Shown: positions 19,992-28,595 of the stretch, piece by piece | Layout of the letters: every line of letters starts with the position of its first letter | Numbering within the stretch: position 1 is the first letter of the stretch | NCBI GenBank assembly: GCA_051003155.1 | Contig: JBPCLO010000011.1 | Location: 1 to 64,000 of the forward strand | Reading direction: 5' to 3' | Source of the DNA: Fimbriimonadales bacterium | GTDB lineage: Bacteria; Armatimonadota; Fimbriimonadia; Fimbriimonadales; ATM1 | DNA length: 64,000 nucleotides | The notes under the pieces: model-generated | What the model saw: the letters and a program-made list of their open reading frames with translations, nothing else | Database searches by the model: none | What the model was told of the DNA's origin: nothing | Translations under genes and position numbers: made by a program

Positions 19992-21098
19992 TCAACGGTC
20001 AACTTCGGCAAACACGACGCTCACGGACTTCATCGCGCCCCGCGACCAGTATTTAATGGTAGCTCGATCTCCAATTTCCGACTTGAGCAAAAACGTCAGG
20101 TAGTCGCTTAGTCCTTTGACGGGCTTACCATTTACCTCCGTGACCACATCCCACTTCCTTATCCCGGCCCTCTCCACCGGCGATTCTGGGACGACGTCGG
20201 AGACCACCAATCCATACTCCGGCGGACTGTCGCCGACCTGCCGCTCAAAGTCCGGATGGCCCAGAACGTAGGTTGGCGCGAAACGTACGATTCCCAAGTC
20301 GGCATGCCGAACGCGGCCGTACTTGCGGATGTCGTCCACAGCTCTGCGAACACGGTTGCTGGGTATCGCGAACCCAATTCCCACGCTTCCACGGTTCGGA
20401 GTAGCAATGACTGTATTGATCCCGATAACCTGCCCGTGAATGTTGCCCAGAGCGCCGCCGCTGTTCCCCTGATTGATCGCGGCGTCTGTCTGAATCGCGC
20501 CGACCAACGGGGCGCTTGTGGGCCCACCGGGTAAATCCCGGTTAACGGCACTCACGACGCCCACGCTAAGGGTTCCTTCATAGCCGAGGGGGTTGCCTAC
20601 GGCGAGGACCCATTGGCCGACTTGCACGTCGTCGCTATCGCCAAGTTCCACGGCCGGCAAGTTCGTGGCATTGACCTTGAGGAGCGCGAGGTCTGCGATA
20701 CGGTCGCTTCCGACCACGGTCGCGCGAAACTGCTTGGAGTTCGTTAGGTTCACGAGGATTTCGTCGCCGCCCGCGATGACGTGGTTATTAGTGACGATGT
20801 AACCGTCGCTCGTGATGATGACTCCCGAGCCTTGGCCCTTCATCTCCGGCGAGTCGCTAAACGGCGACGATTGGAGGACGTCTACACTGACCACAGCTGG
20901 AATCAGCTTGGCTGTCGCCTCACCGAACGCTATCTCACCAGGCTGCTTGCTGTACTTGACGGGCATGGCTTCGGCAAACTGGCTTAGGCTCTTCGCGCCC
21001 GAAGTACCTTGAAGCCTGTCATGGAGAGCGAGAGCCGCAAACACACCGCCGAAGCAAACCAGAAACATGAGCGAATAAGGCAACCATCGGTTATTCAC
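19992..21098 (-). CDS. HtrA/DegP family serine protease with PDZ domain
   Basis: TNNHV, DLA, IQTDAAINQGNSGG triad motifs. Confidence 0.95.
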   Translation of the reverse strand: MNNRWLPYSLMFLVCFGGVFAALALHDRLQGTSGAKSLSQFAEAMPVKYSKQPGEIAFGEATAKLIPAVVSVDVLQSSPFSDSPEMKGQGSGVIITSDGYIVTNNHVIAGGDEILVNLTNSKQFRATVVGSDRIADLALLKVNATNLPAVELGDSDDVQVGQWVLAVGNPLGYEGTLSVGVVSAVNRDLPGGPTSAPLVGAIQTDAAINQGNSGGALGNIHGQVIGINTVIATPNRGSVGIGFAIPSNRVRRAVDDIRKYGRVRHADLGIVRFAPTYVLGHPDFERQVGDSPPEYGLVVSDVVPESPVERAGIRKWDVVTEVNGKPVKGLSDYLTFLLKSEIGDRATIKYWSRGAMKSVSVVFAEVDR

Positions 21099-21099
21099 G

Positions 21100-21555
21100 C
21101 TAGACCTGCTCCTTTACCGACGCAAGTTCGATCGCAGCCCGAGCGGCCTCGTCGCCCTTGTTTCCCAATTTCATGCCTGCCCGCTCGATGGCTTCCCCCT
21201 GGGTTTCGCAGGTCAATACGCCCCACGTTATTGGTACGTGGGTCCGGAGCGCTATATCAGCAAGGGACGCAGCTACTTGGTTCGAAAGCTGGCTCGCATG
21301 AATTGTCGCACCTTGGAGGATGCATCCCACACAGACGATCCCGTCGAAGCTCTGTTTCGCAAAGTGGGCTGCTGCTACAGGGAGTTCCCACGTGCCTGAC
21401 ACCCACACTACAGGGACGCCGCCCGCACCGTGCATTCGAAAAGCTCGCTCCGCGCCCTCCACTAACTGTCTGGTGACGAATTCATTCCATCGCGAGGCTA
21501 CAATCGCGAATTTCCGGCCCTCGGCGTTCATTAGGCCCTCAATCGTTCGAGCCAT
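21100..21555 (-). CDS. ribH: 6,7-dimethyl-8-ribityllumazine synthase
   Basis: SRWN, GTWELP, GVLT, ERAG.KLGNKG. Confidence 0.95.
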   Translation of the reverse strand: MARTIEGLMNAEGRKFAIVASRWNEFVTRQLVEGAERAFRMHGAGGVPVVWVSGTWELPVAAAHFAKQSFDGIVCVGCILQGATIHASQLSNQVAASLADIALRTHVPITWGVLTCETQGEAIERAGMKLGNKGDEAARAAIELASVKEQV

Positions 21556-22774
21556 TCTCGTTCTTTTCAGGCAATAGGTGCCCCAGCTTGCTGCGCTTCG
21601 TTTCGAGATACCGCTCATTGTGCTCGTGGGGCGGAGCGACCAATGGAACATTCTCGACGATTTCCAAGCCGTATCCCCGGGCGCCGGCGAGTTTCTTCGG
21701 ATTGTTCGTCATAAGGCGGAGCTTTCTGATGCCAAGGTCTTGCAAAACTTGCGCTCCCAGTCCGTAGTCGCGCAGATCGGCCTTGAATCCAAGGGCCTCG
21801 TTCGCTTCGACCGTGTCGAGCCCGGTGTCTTGCAGTTCGTACGCCTTAAGCTTGTTGATGAGACCGATGCCGCGCCCTTCGTGTGCGATGTATACGAGGC
21901 AGCCGCGTCCCTCGTTGCCGATCTTCTCGAGGGCCAGTTCCAGTTGGTCGCCACAGTCGCAACGCATCGATTGGAGAACATCGCCGGTAATACAGCTCGA
22001 GTGCATCCTGGTGAGCACAGGTTCACCGTTGGCGACGTCCCCTAATACAAGCGCCACGAACGGCGCTGGATCGACGTCGCTCTCGTATGCGTAGAGCCTA
22101 AACTGACCGTACTTTGTCGGAAACTTGATCGGGCCGGCTTCCCGGCGGATCAGCTTCTCAGTTCTGCGGCGGTATGCAATCATGTCACTGATCGTGATTA
22201 GGGAAAGGCCGTGCTTCGCGGCGACCACTTCTAGTCGCGGAAGCCTCGCCATCGCACCGTCCTCGTCGACTATTTCACACAAAACTCCGATCGGTTGGAG
22301 GGACGCGAGAACACATAGGTCGACCGTAGCCTCCGTGTGCCCTGCTCGCTTCAGAACGCCACCCGGGTCTGCCCGCAGCGGTATCACATGGCCCGGCCTT
22401 GCGAGGTCTTTCGGCTTGGCTTTCGGGTCGCAAAAGACAGCTACCGTTGCGGAACGGTCGAAGGCGGACACACCCGTGGTTGTTCCCTTCACAGCGTCAA
22501 CGGTCTCGCCCATTGCCGTTCCAAGGCGCGACGTGTTGGCCTTGGTCATCATGGGGATGCCAAGCTGGGCCAGTCGTTCTGGAGTCGTCGGTACACAAGG
22601 TATCCCGCGGCCGTACGTGATCATAAAGTTCATGGCGTCGGGAGTCACCATCTCGGCTGCCATGACGAAGTCGCCCTCGTTCTCACGGTCCGGGTCGTCT
22701 ACAACGATCACTATCTTGCCGTCTCGAATGTCCTGGATCGCTTTTTCGATGCTAGAAAACTGTTGCTGAGTCAT
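21539..22774 (-). CDS. ribBA: Bifunctional DHBP synthase / GTP cyclohydrolase II
   Basis: DRENEGD, RAGHTEA, RCDCG, EGRGIGL, LMTNNP. Confidence 0.97.
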   Translation of the reverse strand: MTQQQFSSIEKAIQDIRDGKIVIVVDDPDRENEGDFVMAAEMVTPDAMNFMITYGRGIPCVPTTPERLAQLGIPMMTKANTSRLGTAMGETVDAVKGTTTGVSAFDRSATVAVFCDPKAKPKDLARPGHVIPLRADPGGVLKRAGHTEATVDLCVLASLQPIGVLCEIVDEDGAMARLPRLEVVAAKHGLSLITISDMIAYRRRTEKLIRREAGPIKFPTKYGQFRLYAYESDVDPAPFVALVLGDVANGEPVLTRMHSSCITGDVLQSMRCDCGDQLELALEKIGNEGRGCLVYIAHEGRGIGLINKLKAYELQDTGLDTVEANEALGFKADLRDYGLGAQVLQDLGIRKLRLMTNNPKKLAGARGYGLEIVENVPLVAPPHEHNERYLETKRSKLGHLLPEKNENGSND

Positions 22775-22816
22775 TAAAGGAGCCTTCTGATTATACTTGG
22801 CTTCATTGAAAGCCCA

Positions 22817-23278
22817 TTGACCTTGGTGGACGGCAGCGCCGAACCACACTTGTTAGACTTCAGGCGGATGGCCCTCGAATACGCCGATAGCTTGGGCTTC
22901 GACCTGTGTTTCCAAGGATTCGACGAGGAGATCGTGGGCCTTCCGGTCCCGTACGCTCCTCCCTCAGGAGCGGTGCTCATCGCGCTCTGGGTTACTGATC
23001 CTGCCGGCTGCGTGGCGATGAAGCCTATCGGGGAAGGCATTTGCGAAATGAAACGACTATTCGTCAGGCCAGCCTACCGTGCCAAGGGAATCGGCCGCGC
23101 CCTGGCCGAGGGGGTCATCGGCGCGGCGAGGCGCGCAGGCTACGAACTCATGAGACTGGCCACCCTGTCGACCATGGCCGAAGCCCGCACGCTATACCAA
23201 TCGCTCGGTTTTACGATCACAAAGCCCTACACATTCAACCCGCTCGAAGGGGCAGTGTACATGGAAAAGGAATTGTGA
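22817..23278 (+). CDS. GNAT family N-acetyltransferase
   Basis: CEMKRLFVRPAYRAKGIGRAL, LYQSLGF. Confidence 0.9.
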   Translation: MTLVDGSAEPHLLDFRRMALEYADSLGFDLCFQGFDEEIVGLPVPYAPPSGAVLIALWVTDPAGCVAMKPIGEGICEMKRLFVRPAYRAKGIGRALAEGVIGAARRAGYELMRLATLSTMAEARTLYQSLGFTITKPYTFNPLEGAVYMEKEL

Positions 23279-23280
23279 CC

Positions 23281-24336
23281 CTACACGCCGACGGTGACTC
23301 GGCCGGGGCCGCCTTCTTTGCCGAGGATGGTGATCTTGGCGGGCATGAACTGTTTAACCACCCACGCGGACGTCGAGAGGGTAGGTGTGATTCGAGAGGT
23401 GGTGAACGAGCATTTTTCACCACATAGGGCCGCGGGCAGGATCAGCTGGTCGGCGAGGAATTCGTCGGTCGTGGCGTCGCCATTCAGCCAACTGACAAGT
23501 TCGTGAAATGCCTCTTCGCAGACCTCCTCCATAGGCTTGCCCCGCTGGCCGATGCACTGATATCCGCCGTACCCGTCTTCGAAGACCGCCGTACATGTGA
23601 CAGCCGCCCCCGGAGAAGACGCCCGCGGGCGCACCGTCTCGACGCTCATCTCCATGCCATTCTTCCGTGCCAGCTCCTGAATGTGCTCCGCGCCACGACG
23701 GCCGACCGCGTCCGGGAGTTCGCTCGTTACCACATACGCCTTGAGCATTCTCAGTTCGCCGCGCTCGTCGAAATTGAAGCCGTTAAGCGCGCTAGGCTCT
23801 ATCTCAACACTGGCCTCGCCGCCGCCGCGCGGCGGGTAGCCAGCAGATTCCATAACCGGCAACGCGACGATCCCGCAACGAGCCATGGCGGGCAGAGTAA
23901 TCGCTCTAAGATATTCGTACGTTGGCGAAAAGGGCACATGGGTGCCACCCAGCACCGCGATTCGGCTGACTGCCCCGGCCCGCGCGAAAGGGGTCAGCAA
24001 GCTCTGAATGATAAGCGTGGCGCTGCCGGGCTGGGAGCCCTTTGCGATTGCATTCAAATCGACCCGGTCTCGAAACGGTCCAAGTTGGCGGTTCGGAGCG
24101 AATAGCAAGACTTCGTCGCCAAGCTGCGTGCTGACCTCGGCGTTCGTAGCGTCACCCAGCGCTCGGGCAAGGGCCGCATCGACGGGGTTAACACCCGGCC
24201 GTCTCAGTCCTCCCCTAACATTTCGCACGGCAACCGGCTGGCCCGTCAAGGCGGAAACGGCAAGGGCGACCCGCACGACCGACCCGCCGCCCTCCCCGTA
24301 GGCACCGTCGATTTCTACCGCGGTCGAATCAGGCAA
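23281..24336 (-). CDS. RNA 3'-terminal phosphate cyclase-like protein, catalytic His replaced
   Basis: DGAYGEGGG, GGTH, GYPPRGGG, LADQLILP; TTG start overlaps the upstream stop. Confidence 0.9.
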   Translation of the reverse strand: MPDSTAVEIDGAYGEGGGSVVRVALAVSALTGQPVAVRNVRGGLRRPGVNPVDAALARALGDATNAEVSTQLGDEVLLFAPNRQLGPFRDRVDLNAIAKGSQPGSATLIIQSLLTPFARAGAVSRIAVLGGTHVPFSPTYEYLRAITLPAMARCGIVALPVMESAGYPPRGGGEASVEIEPSALNGFNFDERGELRMLKAYVVTSELPDAVGRRGAEHIQELARKNGMEMSVETVRPRASSPGAAVTCTAVFEDGYGGYQCIGQRGKPMEEVCEEAFHELVSWLNGDATTDEFLADQLILPAALCGEKCSFTTSRITPTLSTSAWVVKQFMPAKITILGKEGGPGRVTVGV

Positions 24337-25666
24337 CCGACGCTCGCTTCTTTGCCAGCACACGCACGACGCGACGCCCATCCGTCTCGGCGACGATTAG
24401 GATCCAATCCCCCTGATCGATCTCCTCGCCCTGCCCGGGTTGCCGTCCAAACAAACCGAACAGGAGGCCCCCGAGGGTGTCGAACTCCTCGCTCTCGAAA
24501 TTAGAGCCGATTTCGTCGTTCACGTCGTCGAGGTGCGCCTTGCCGTCGATGAGCCAGGAGTTCTCGGAGACGGGCTGCACCTCCTGCTCCTCGACGTCGT
24601 ACTCGTCCACGATTTCGCCGACAATCTCTTCGACTAGGTCTTCGATCGTGACGAGACCCGCAGTGCCCCCGAATTCGTCTTGAACGATCGCCATTGAGGA
24701 TCGTGACTTGCGGAACTCGGTGAGCAACTGATGCAGGTCCTTCGTTCCCGGGATGAAGTGGGCCGCCCGCATTAGACCGCCGATGTCCTGGCCGTTCCCA
24801 TCGAGGAGCGCCTTCAGCAAATCCTTTGCGTGGACGATTCCGACGACACGGTCGATGCTTCCTTCATAAACCGGTATCCGCGTGTGGCCGGTTTCGTGGA
24901 TGATCTTAGCAACTTCCTGCGCCGAAGCCGTTCGCTCGACGGCGTCGATATCGGTTCGGGGTGTCATGACCTCGCGGGCCACCGTGTCGGTGAACTCGAT
25001 GATCGAGTGGATCATCTCCTTCTCATCCTCGATCAACTCGCCGCTTGCACCGCTGGCCTCGACCATATCTTTGAGGTCCTCTTCCGTGACCACGGGGGGC
25101 GTAAAAATCGGCCAAAGCCCGAGGCGGCGCGTGAAGAACGACGCGAGCCCGCCGATCAGCCAAACGAACGGGAACAAAATAATTCGGGCGATCGACAGGT
25201 AGGGAGCGATCCGCAGCGACCACTTCTCGGCGTTGTTGCGTGCAAGGCCGCTGAAAAGCGATTCAGCCAGAATCAGATTGACAAGCCCTATAAGGAAGAC
25301 GAGAAAAAAGGCGCCCGCGATAAGCCATCCGATGCCGTAATCGTCCCTGCCGCTCCATAGTCTAGCGAGCCACGGGGATGCGAGCACCGCGACGGTATAC
25401 ATCGCGGCGCGGCAAAAGCGAGAGCCGATTTGGCAGGTCGCAAGATAGAGGTAGGACTCTTCGTTGAGTTTTTCGAGCCGTCGTGCTCGCGGGTCTCTCG
25501 CCTCGATCAAATCGCGAATCTTCGCACCGCGAAGCGCTGAGAGCGCGTTGTCTCCGGAGCGGAATATAGCGTTCAGCGCCATCAGCGCAATGATGATGAC
25601 GAACGACCAGAGGGCTTCCGAAGCGGAGACCTCGAAGCGAGGGGCACTGAGCTGCACGAATATCAT
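24329..25666 (-). CDS. HlyC/CorC (CNNM-CBS-CorC) family protein
   Basis: N-terminal TM region, REVMTPRTD, HTRIPVY, DEFGGTAGLVTIEDLVEEIVGEI. Confidence 0.93.
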   Translation of the reverse strand: MIFVQLSAPRFEVSASEALWSFVIIIALMALNAIFRSGDNALSALRGAKIRDLIEARDPRARRLEKLNEESYLYLATCQIGSRFCRAAMYTVAVLASPWLARLWSGRDDYGIGWLIAGAFFLVFLIGLVNLILAESLFSGLARNNAEKWSLRIAPYLSIARIILFPFVWLIGGLASFFTRRLGLWPIFTPPVVTEEDLKDMVEASGASGELIEDEKEMIHSIIEFTDTVAREVMTPRTDIDAVERTASAQEVAKIIHETGHTRIPVYEGSIDRVVGIVHAKDLLKALLDGNGQDIGGLMRAAHFIPGTKDLHQLLTEFRKSRSSMAIVQDEFGGTAGLVTIEDLVEEIVGEIVDEYDVEEQEVQPVSENSWLIDGKAHLDDVNDEIGSNFESEEFDTLGGLLFGLFGRQPGQGEEIDQGDWILIVAETDGRRVVRVLAKKRASVA

Positions 25667-26370
25667 TGCGGTCCCAAACCGAACAAAACGAAGGCGAGCC
25701 CTCCCCCGACCAGTGCGCCCAAGCTCAACTCTACGACCGAATGAATTTTGGCTTCATACCTGCTCTGGGCGACCATCGCAGCCAGAAATAGGGCCAACAG
25801 AGACGGCAGCAACTTGCCGGTGATCAACGTGAGCACAACGGCGAAAAAGAAAGCGAAAGTAGCATGGCCGCTAACAAGTCCACCCTTTAGCACCTGGCCC
25901 TTCGATCCGAGGCCCTTGCCGATAACGATCAGGAAAAAGAGAATTACCGATCCGATCAGAATGCGCGGCAGCACCTGGGTCTGCAGATCTGGAGACTTCA
26001 GCTGCAACGTTATCTCCTGCCAGCGCCCATCGCCGATAAACAGGAGCAAGGCGACGACGACCGCAGTTAGCGTCGTGATAAGGACTCCTCCCGCAGCCAT
26101 GTCTTTGGCGAACTTGGCCAACGGGTGGTATTCCGGCTGCGCGATGTCGACTACCGCCTCGATCGCCGAGTTGAACATCTCCGCGACAACCACGAAGCTG
26201 ATCATGAAAAGGAGAACGATCATCTCCCGGAGCCTTAGGTCCATGAAGAACCCGATCAGGATTACGATGATGACCGTGTAAAGGTGGACGCGCATGTGCC
26301 GCTGGGTCTTGAAGGCATAAGCCACTCCGCCGACAGCCGCACCGAACGGTTTGAGGACATTGCGCGCCAT
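25663..26370 (-). CDS. dgkA: Diacylglycerol/undecaprenol kinase fused to a PAP2-like domain
   Basis: EMFNSAIEAVVD, AKDMAAGGV, then SGH and SR....H motifs. Confidence 0.88.
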   Translation of the reverse strand: MARNVLKPFGAAVGGVAYAFKTQRHMRVHLYTVIIVILIGFFMDLRLREMIVLLFMISFVVVAEMFNSAIEAVVDIAQPEYHPLAKFAKDMAAGGVLITTLTAVVVALLLFIGDGRWQEITLQLKSPDLQTQVLPRILIGSVILFFLIVIGKGLGSKGQVLKGGLVSGHATFAFFFAVVLTLITGKLLPSLLALFLAAMVAQSRYEAKIHSVVELSLGALVGGGLAFVLFGLGPQ

Positions 26371-26846
26371 TAGCTTCTCACCGAGTAAGTCGAGGACCAG
26401 GCTGCGGACGGCTCGAGGCCGACCGACGTGACGATTCGATTCATCCTGTCGACCATCGAGGCACGCTCTGGCTCGGTAGCGTCGTCGTAGCCCAATAGAT
26501 GGAGGCCTCCATGAACGGCGAGGCATGCAAGCTCGGTTTCGAGCGGAGTCTGGTTGTTGGTCGCCTGCTCATCAGCGATGGGCAGGCAGATCGCGATGTC
26601 GCCCAGTATCCGCAGCTCAGTAACTTCGGGTCCATAACCCGCGGGAAAACTGAGGACGTCCGTAGGCCGGTCGATGCCTCGGTAGCCGCGGTTAAGCCGG
26701 CGTATCTCGTCGGAATCTGTAATACGGACGGATATCTCGGATGGAGGCTGGTCTTCAGAATCCAGCATTGCCTCCAGGGCAGCATGCACCGCCGCCGTAC
26801 GCGGCCTGCGCTTCGTGGAGTTCGAGAGCAGAACCCGATGCTTCAT
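26370..26846 (-). CDS. ybeY: rRNA maturation factor YbeY
   Basis: LN..YRG.DRPTDVLSF, LGDI, HGGLHLLGYDD. Confidence 0.95.
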   Translation of the reverse strand: MKHRVLLSNSTKRRPRTAAVHAALEAMLDSEDQPPSEISVRITDSDEIRRLNRGYRGIDRPTDVLSFPAGYGPEVTELRILGDIAICLPIADEQATNNQTPLETELACLAVHGGLHLLGYDDATEPERASMVDRMNRIVTSVGLEPSAAWSSTYSVRS

Positions 26847-26914
26847 AGCCGATCACCGTTCGTGGTTTCGGCGCTTGATAGGGTTTGAGTAAGAAGACTT
26901 GGAGTGATCATGGT

Positions 26915-26937
26915 TGCCCCCGGCTCGTACGGGGGCA
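26915..26937. terminator. Hairpin between rpsU and ybeY
   Basis: TGCCCCCG-gctcgta-CGGGGGCA; no strong U tract. Confidence 0.45.
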
Positions 26938-26953
26938 CGCTGGGGCCGTCTGC

Positions 26954-27124
26954 CTAGCGGCGTCGCGCACTGCGACGCTTCATCCGTCGTCGCTTGTCGC
27001 TGGGCTTCTCGTAATGGCTGTGCTCTTTCAGGCGGCGCAGAATACCGGCCTGCGCAAGCTTGTTATCAAAGCGCTTCAGCGCGCCGTCGATGCTTTCGTT
27101 CGGTAATACGATGACTTCTATCAA
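26954..27124 (-). CDS. rpsU: 30S ribosomal protein bS21 (not in ORF track)
   Basis: Manual translation MIEVIVLPNESIDGALKRFDNKLAQAGILRRLKEHSHYEKPSDKRRRMKRRSARRR; TTG start with GGAGG upstream. Confidence 0.95.
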   Translation of the reverse strand: MIEVIVLPNESIDGALKRFDNKLAQAGILRRLKEHSHYEKPSDKRRRMKRRSARRR

Positions 27125-27192
27125 GTTTTCCTAAGCCTCCCTCCGTCAAGGTAGATTGGGCATTCTACCCTAAAGGCGGTAGAATCCCGGTC

Positions 27193-27468
27193 ATGGCCGG
27201 TACCGTTGTGCTCCCGACCGCCCTTCGAGGCATGACGGGAGGAGTCTGCTCCGTGGATGTGGAAGCGGACAATGTCCATCTCGCAGTACGACGGCTTCCG
27301 GAGCGGTTTCCCATGATCGAGAATAGACTCCTGGACGATGCCGGCCGCGTCCGGCGGCATGTCAACATGATCGTCGGCGAAAGGGACATTCGCGGGCTGG
27401 ACGGATTGCAGACGCAGCTGGAATCTGGAGATGAACTTCTGATCATTCCGGCCGTCGCCGGAGGATAA
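27193..27468 (+). CDS. MoaD/ThiS/CysO-like ubiquitin-fold sulfur carrier
   Basis: LPTALR..., C-terminal IIPAVAGG. Confidence 0.92.
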   Translation: MAGTVVLPTALRGMTGGVCSVDVEADNVHLAVRRLPERFPMIENRLLDDAGRVRRHVNMIVGERDIRGLDGLQTQLESGDELLIIPAVAGG

Positions 27469-27473
27469 TCGTT

Positions 27474-27713
27474 TTGGAAAAGATTATCGTCAATATTTCT
27501 GGTGGCAAGGAGCAGGTCGGCGAGGCGTGGATCTGGCGCCTGAGCCGCGAATTCAACATCAAGGTCAACATCATGAAGGCCAACATCGATCAGGATTACG
27601 GTTGGCTCCAGCTCGAACTCGAAGGGCCGCTCGAAGAGGTCCAGCGCGCTACGGCTTGGCTGCACACCACCGGCCTCCACGTTGACCCGATGCAGCGCTC
27701 CGTCGGCGCTTAA
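27474..27713 (+). CDS. Stand-alone NIL domain protein
   Basis: IWRLSREFNIKVNIMKANI....GWLQLELEG. Confidence 0.85.
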   Translation: MEKIIVNISGGKEQVGEAWIWRLSREFNIKVNIMKANIDQDYGWLQLELEGPLEEVQRATAWLHTTGLHVDPMQRSVGA

Positions 27714-28591
27714 TGCTTTCGCCATACCTTCCTGAGGATTTCGACGCCTTCTGGGAGGAGGCTACCGCCGAAGCCGACGGTGTTTCCGTAGATTTCGAGC
27801 GGCGAAAGACGACGATGCAAAACCTTCCTGAGCACGAGGTCGAGCTGATAGACTTCCTCGGCATGGCAGGTTCACGTTTGCACGGCTGGATAGCCATTCC
27901 GCGCGAAAACCCCGCCCCGGGATTCCTTTGGATTCCGGCGTATGGCCACGAGTCGCATCTGCCGAACGAGTATTCGACGCGGCTCGGCATGGCCAGCATG
28001 AGCTTCAACTTACATGGGCACGGTGCGTTTCATCAAGAGGAGTACACGCCGGCACGAGGCTATTTCGCGCAGGGTATCGAAGACCCGCGGACCTGGATCT
28101 TCCGGTCCATGGCGCAAAACTGCCTCGTCGCCATGCGCGTCTTGCAAGCGCAACCCGAGGCCGGCAACCTTTCGGCGGCGGGCCTCAGCCAGGGCGGCGG
28201 AATGGCGATTTGGACGGCCGCCCACTCGCCCCTCGCCAAGAACGTCGTCGCTGACCTACCATTTCTCTCCGCGATGCGGGACACCCTGGGAAAGGAAGTG
28301 TATCGGTACCCGCTTAAAGAGGTCGCCGACTTCGCGGCCACCATTCCTTCCGGGATGGAGCGGGTACTTCGCTCGGTCTCTTATTTCGACACCGTGAATC
28401 AGGCGACGCGACTGAAGGTTGCCACCTTGGTTTCGCTGGGCAAGAAGGACCCGGCCGTGCGCGCTGACAATGTTCGCGCGGTCTACGAAGCCATCCCGTC
28501 TCAAAAGAAGCTGTTCGAATACGAAACCGGCCATGACTGGAATCCCGCCATGATCGACGCCGATCGCGATTGGATGTTGACCGAGGTGTAG
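27713..28591 (+). CDS. Acetylxylan esterase / cephalosporin-C deacetylase (CE7)
   Basis: PEDFDAFW, GLSQGGG, SYFD, GKKD, GH. Confidence 0.88.
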   Translation: MLSPYLPEDFDAFWEEATAEADGVSVDFERRKTTMQNLPEHEVELIDFLGMAGSRLHGWIAIPRENPAPGFLWIPAYGHESHLPNEYSTRLGMASMSFNLHGHGAFHQEEYTPARGYFAQGIEDPRTWIFRSMAQNCLVAMRVLQAQPEAGNLSAAGLSQGGGMAIWTAAHSPLAKNVVADLPFLSAMRDTLGKEVYRYPLKEVADFAATIPSGMERVLRSVSYFDTVNQATRLKVATLVSLGKKDPAVRADNVRAVYEAIPSQKKLFEYETGHDWNPAMIDADRDWMLTEV

Positions 28592-28595
28592 TTCC

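Noticed and set aside
26440..26510. YbeY third His replaced (GYDD)
   Set aside because: I recall this variant in other lineages; not evidence of inactivation
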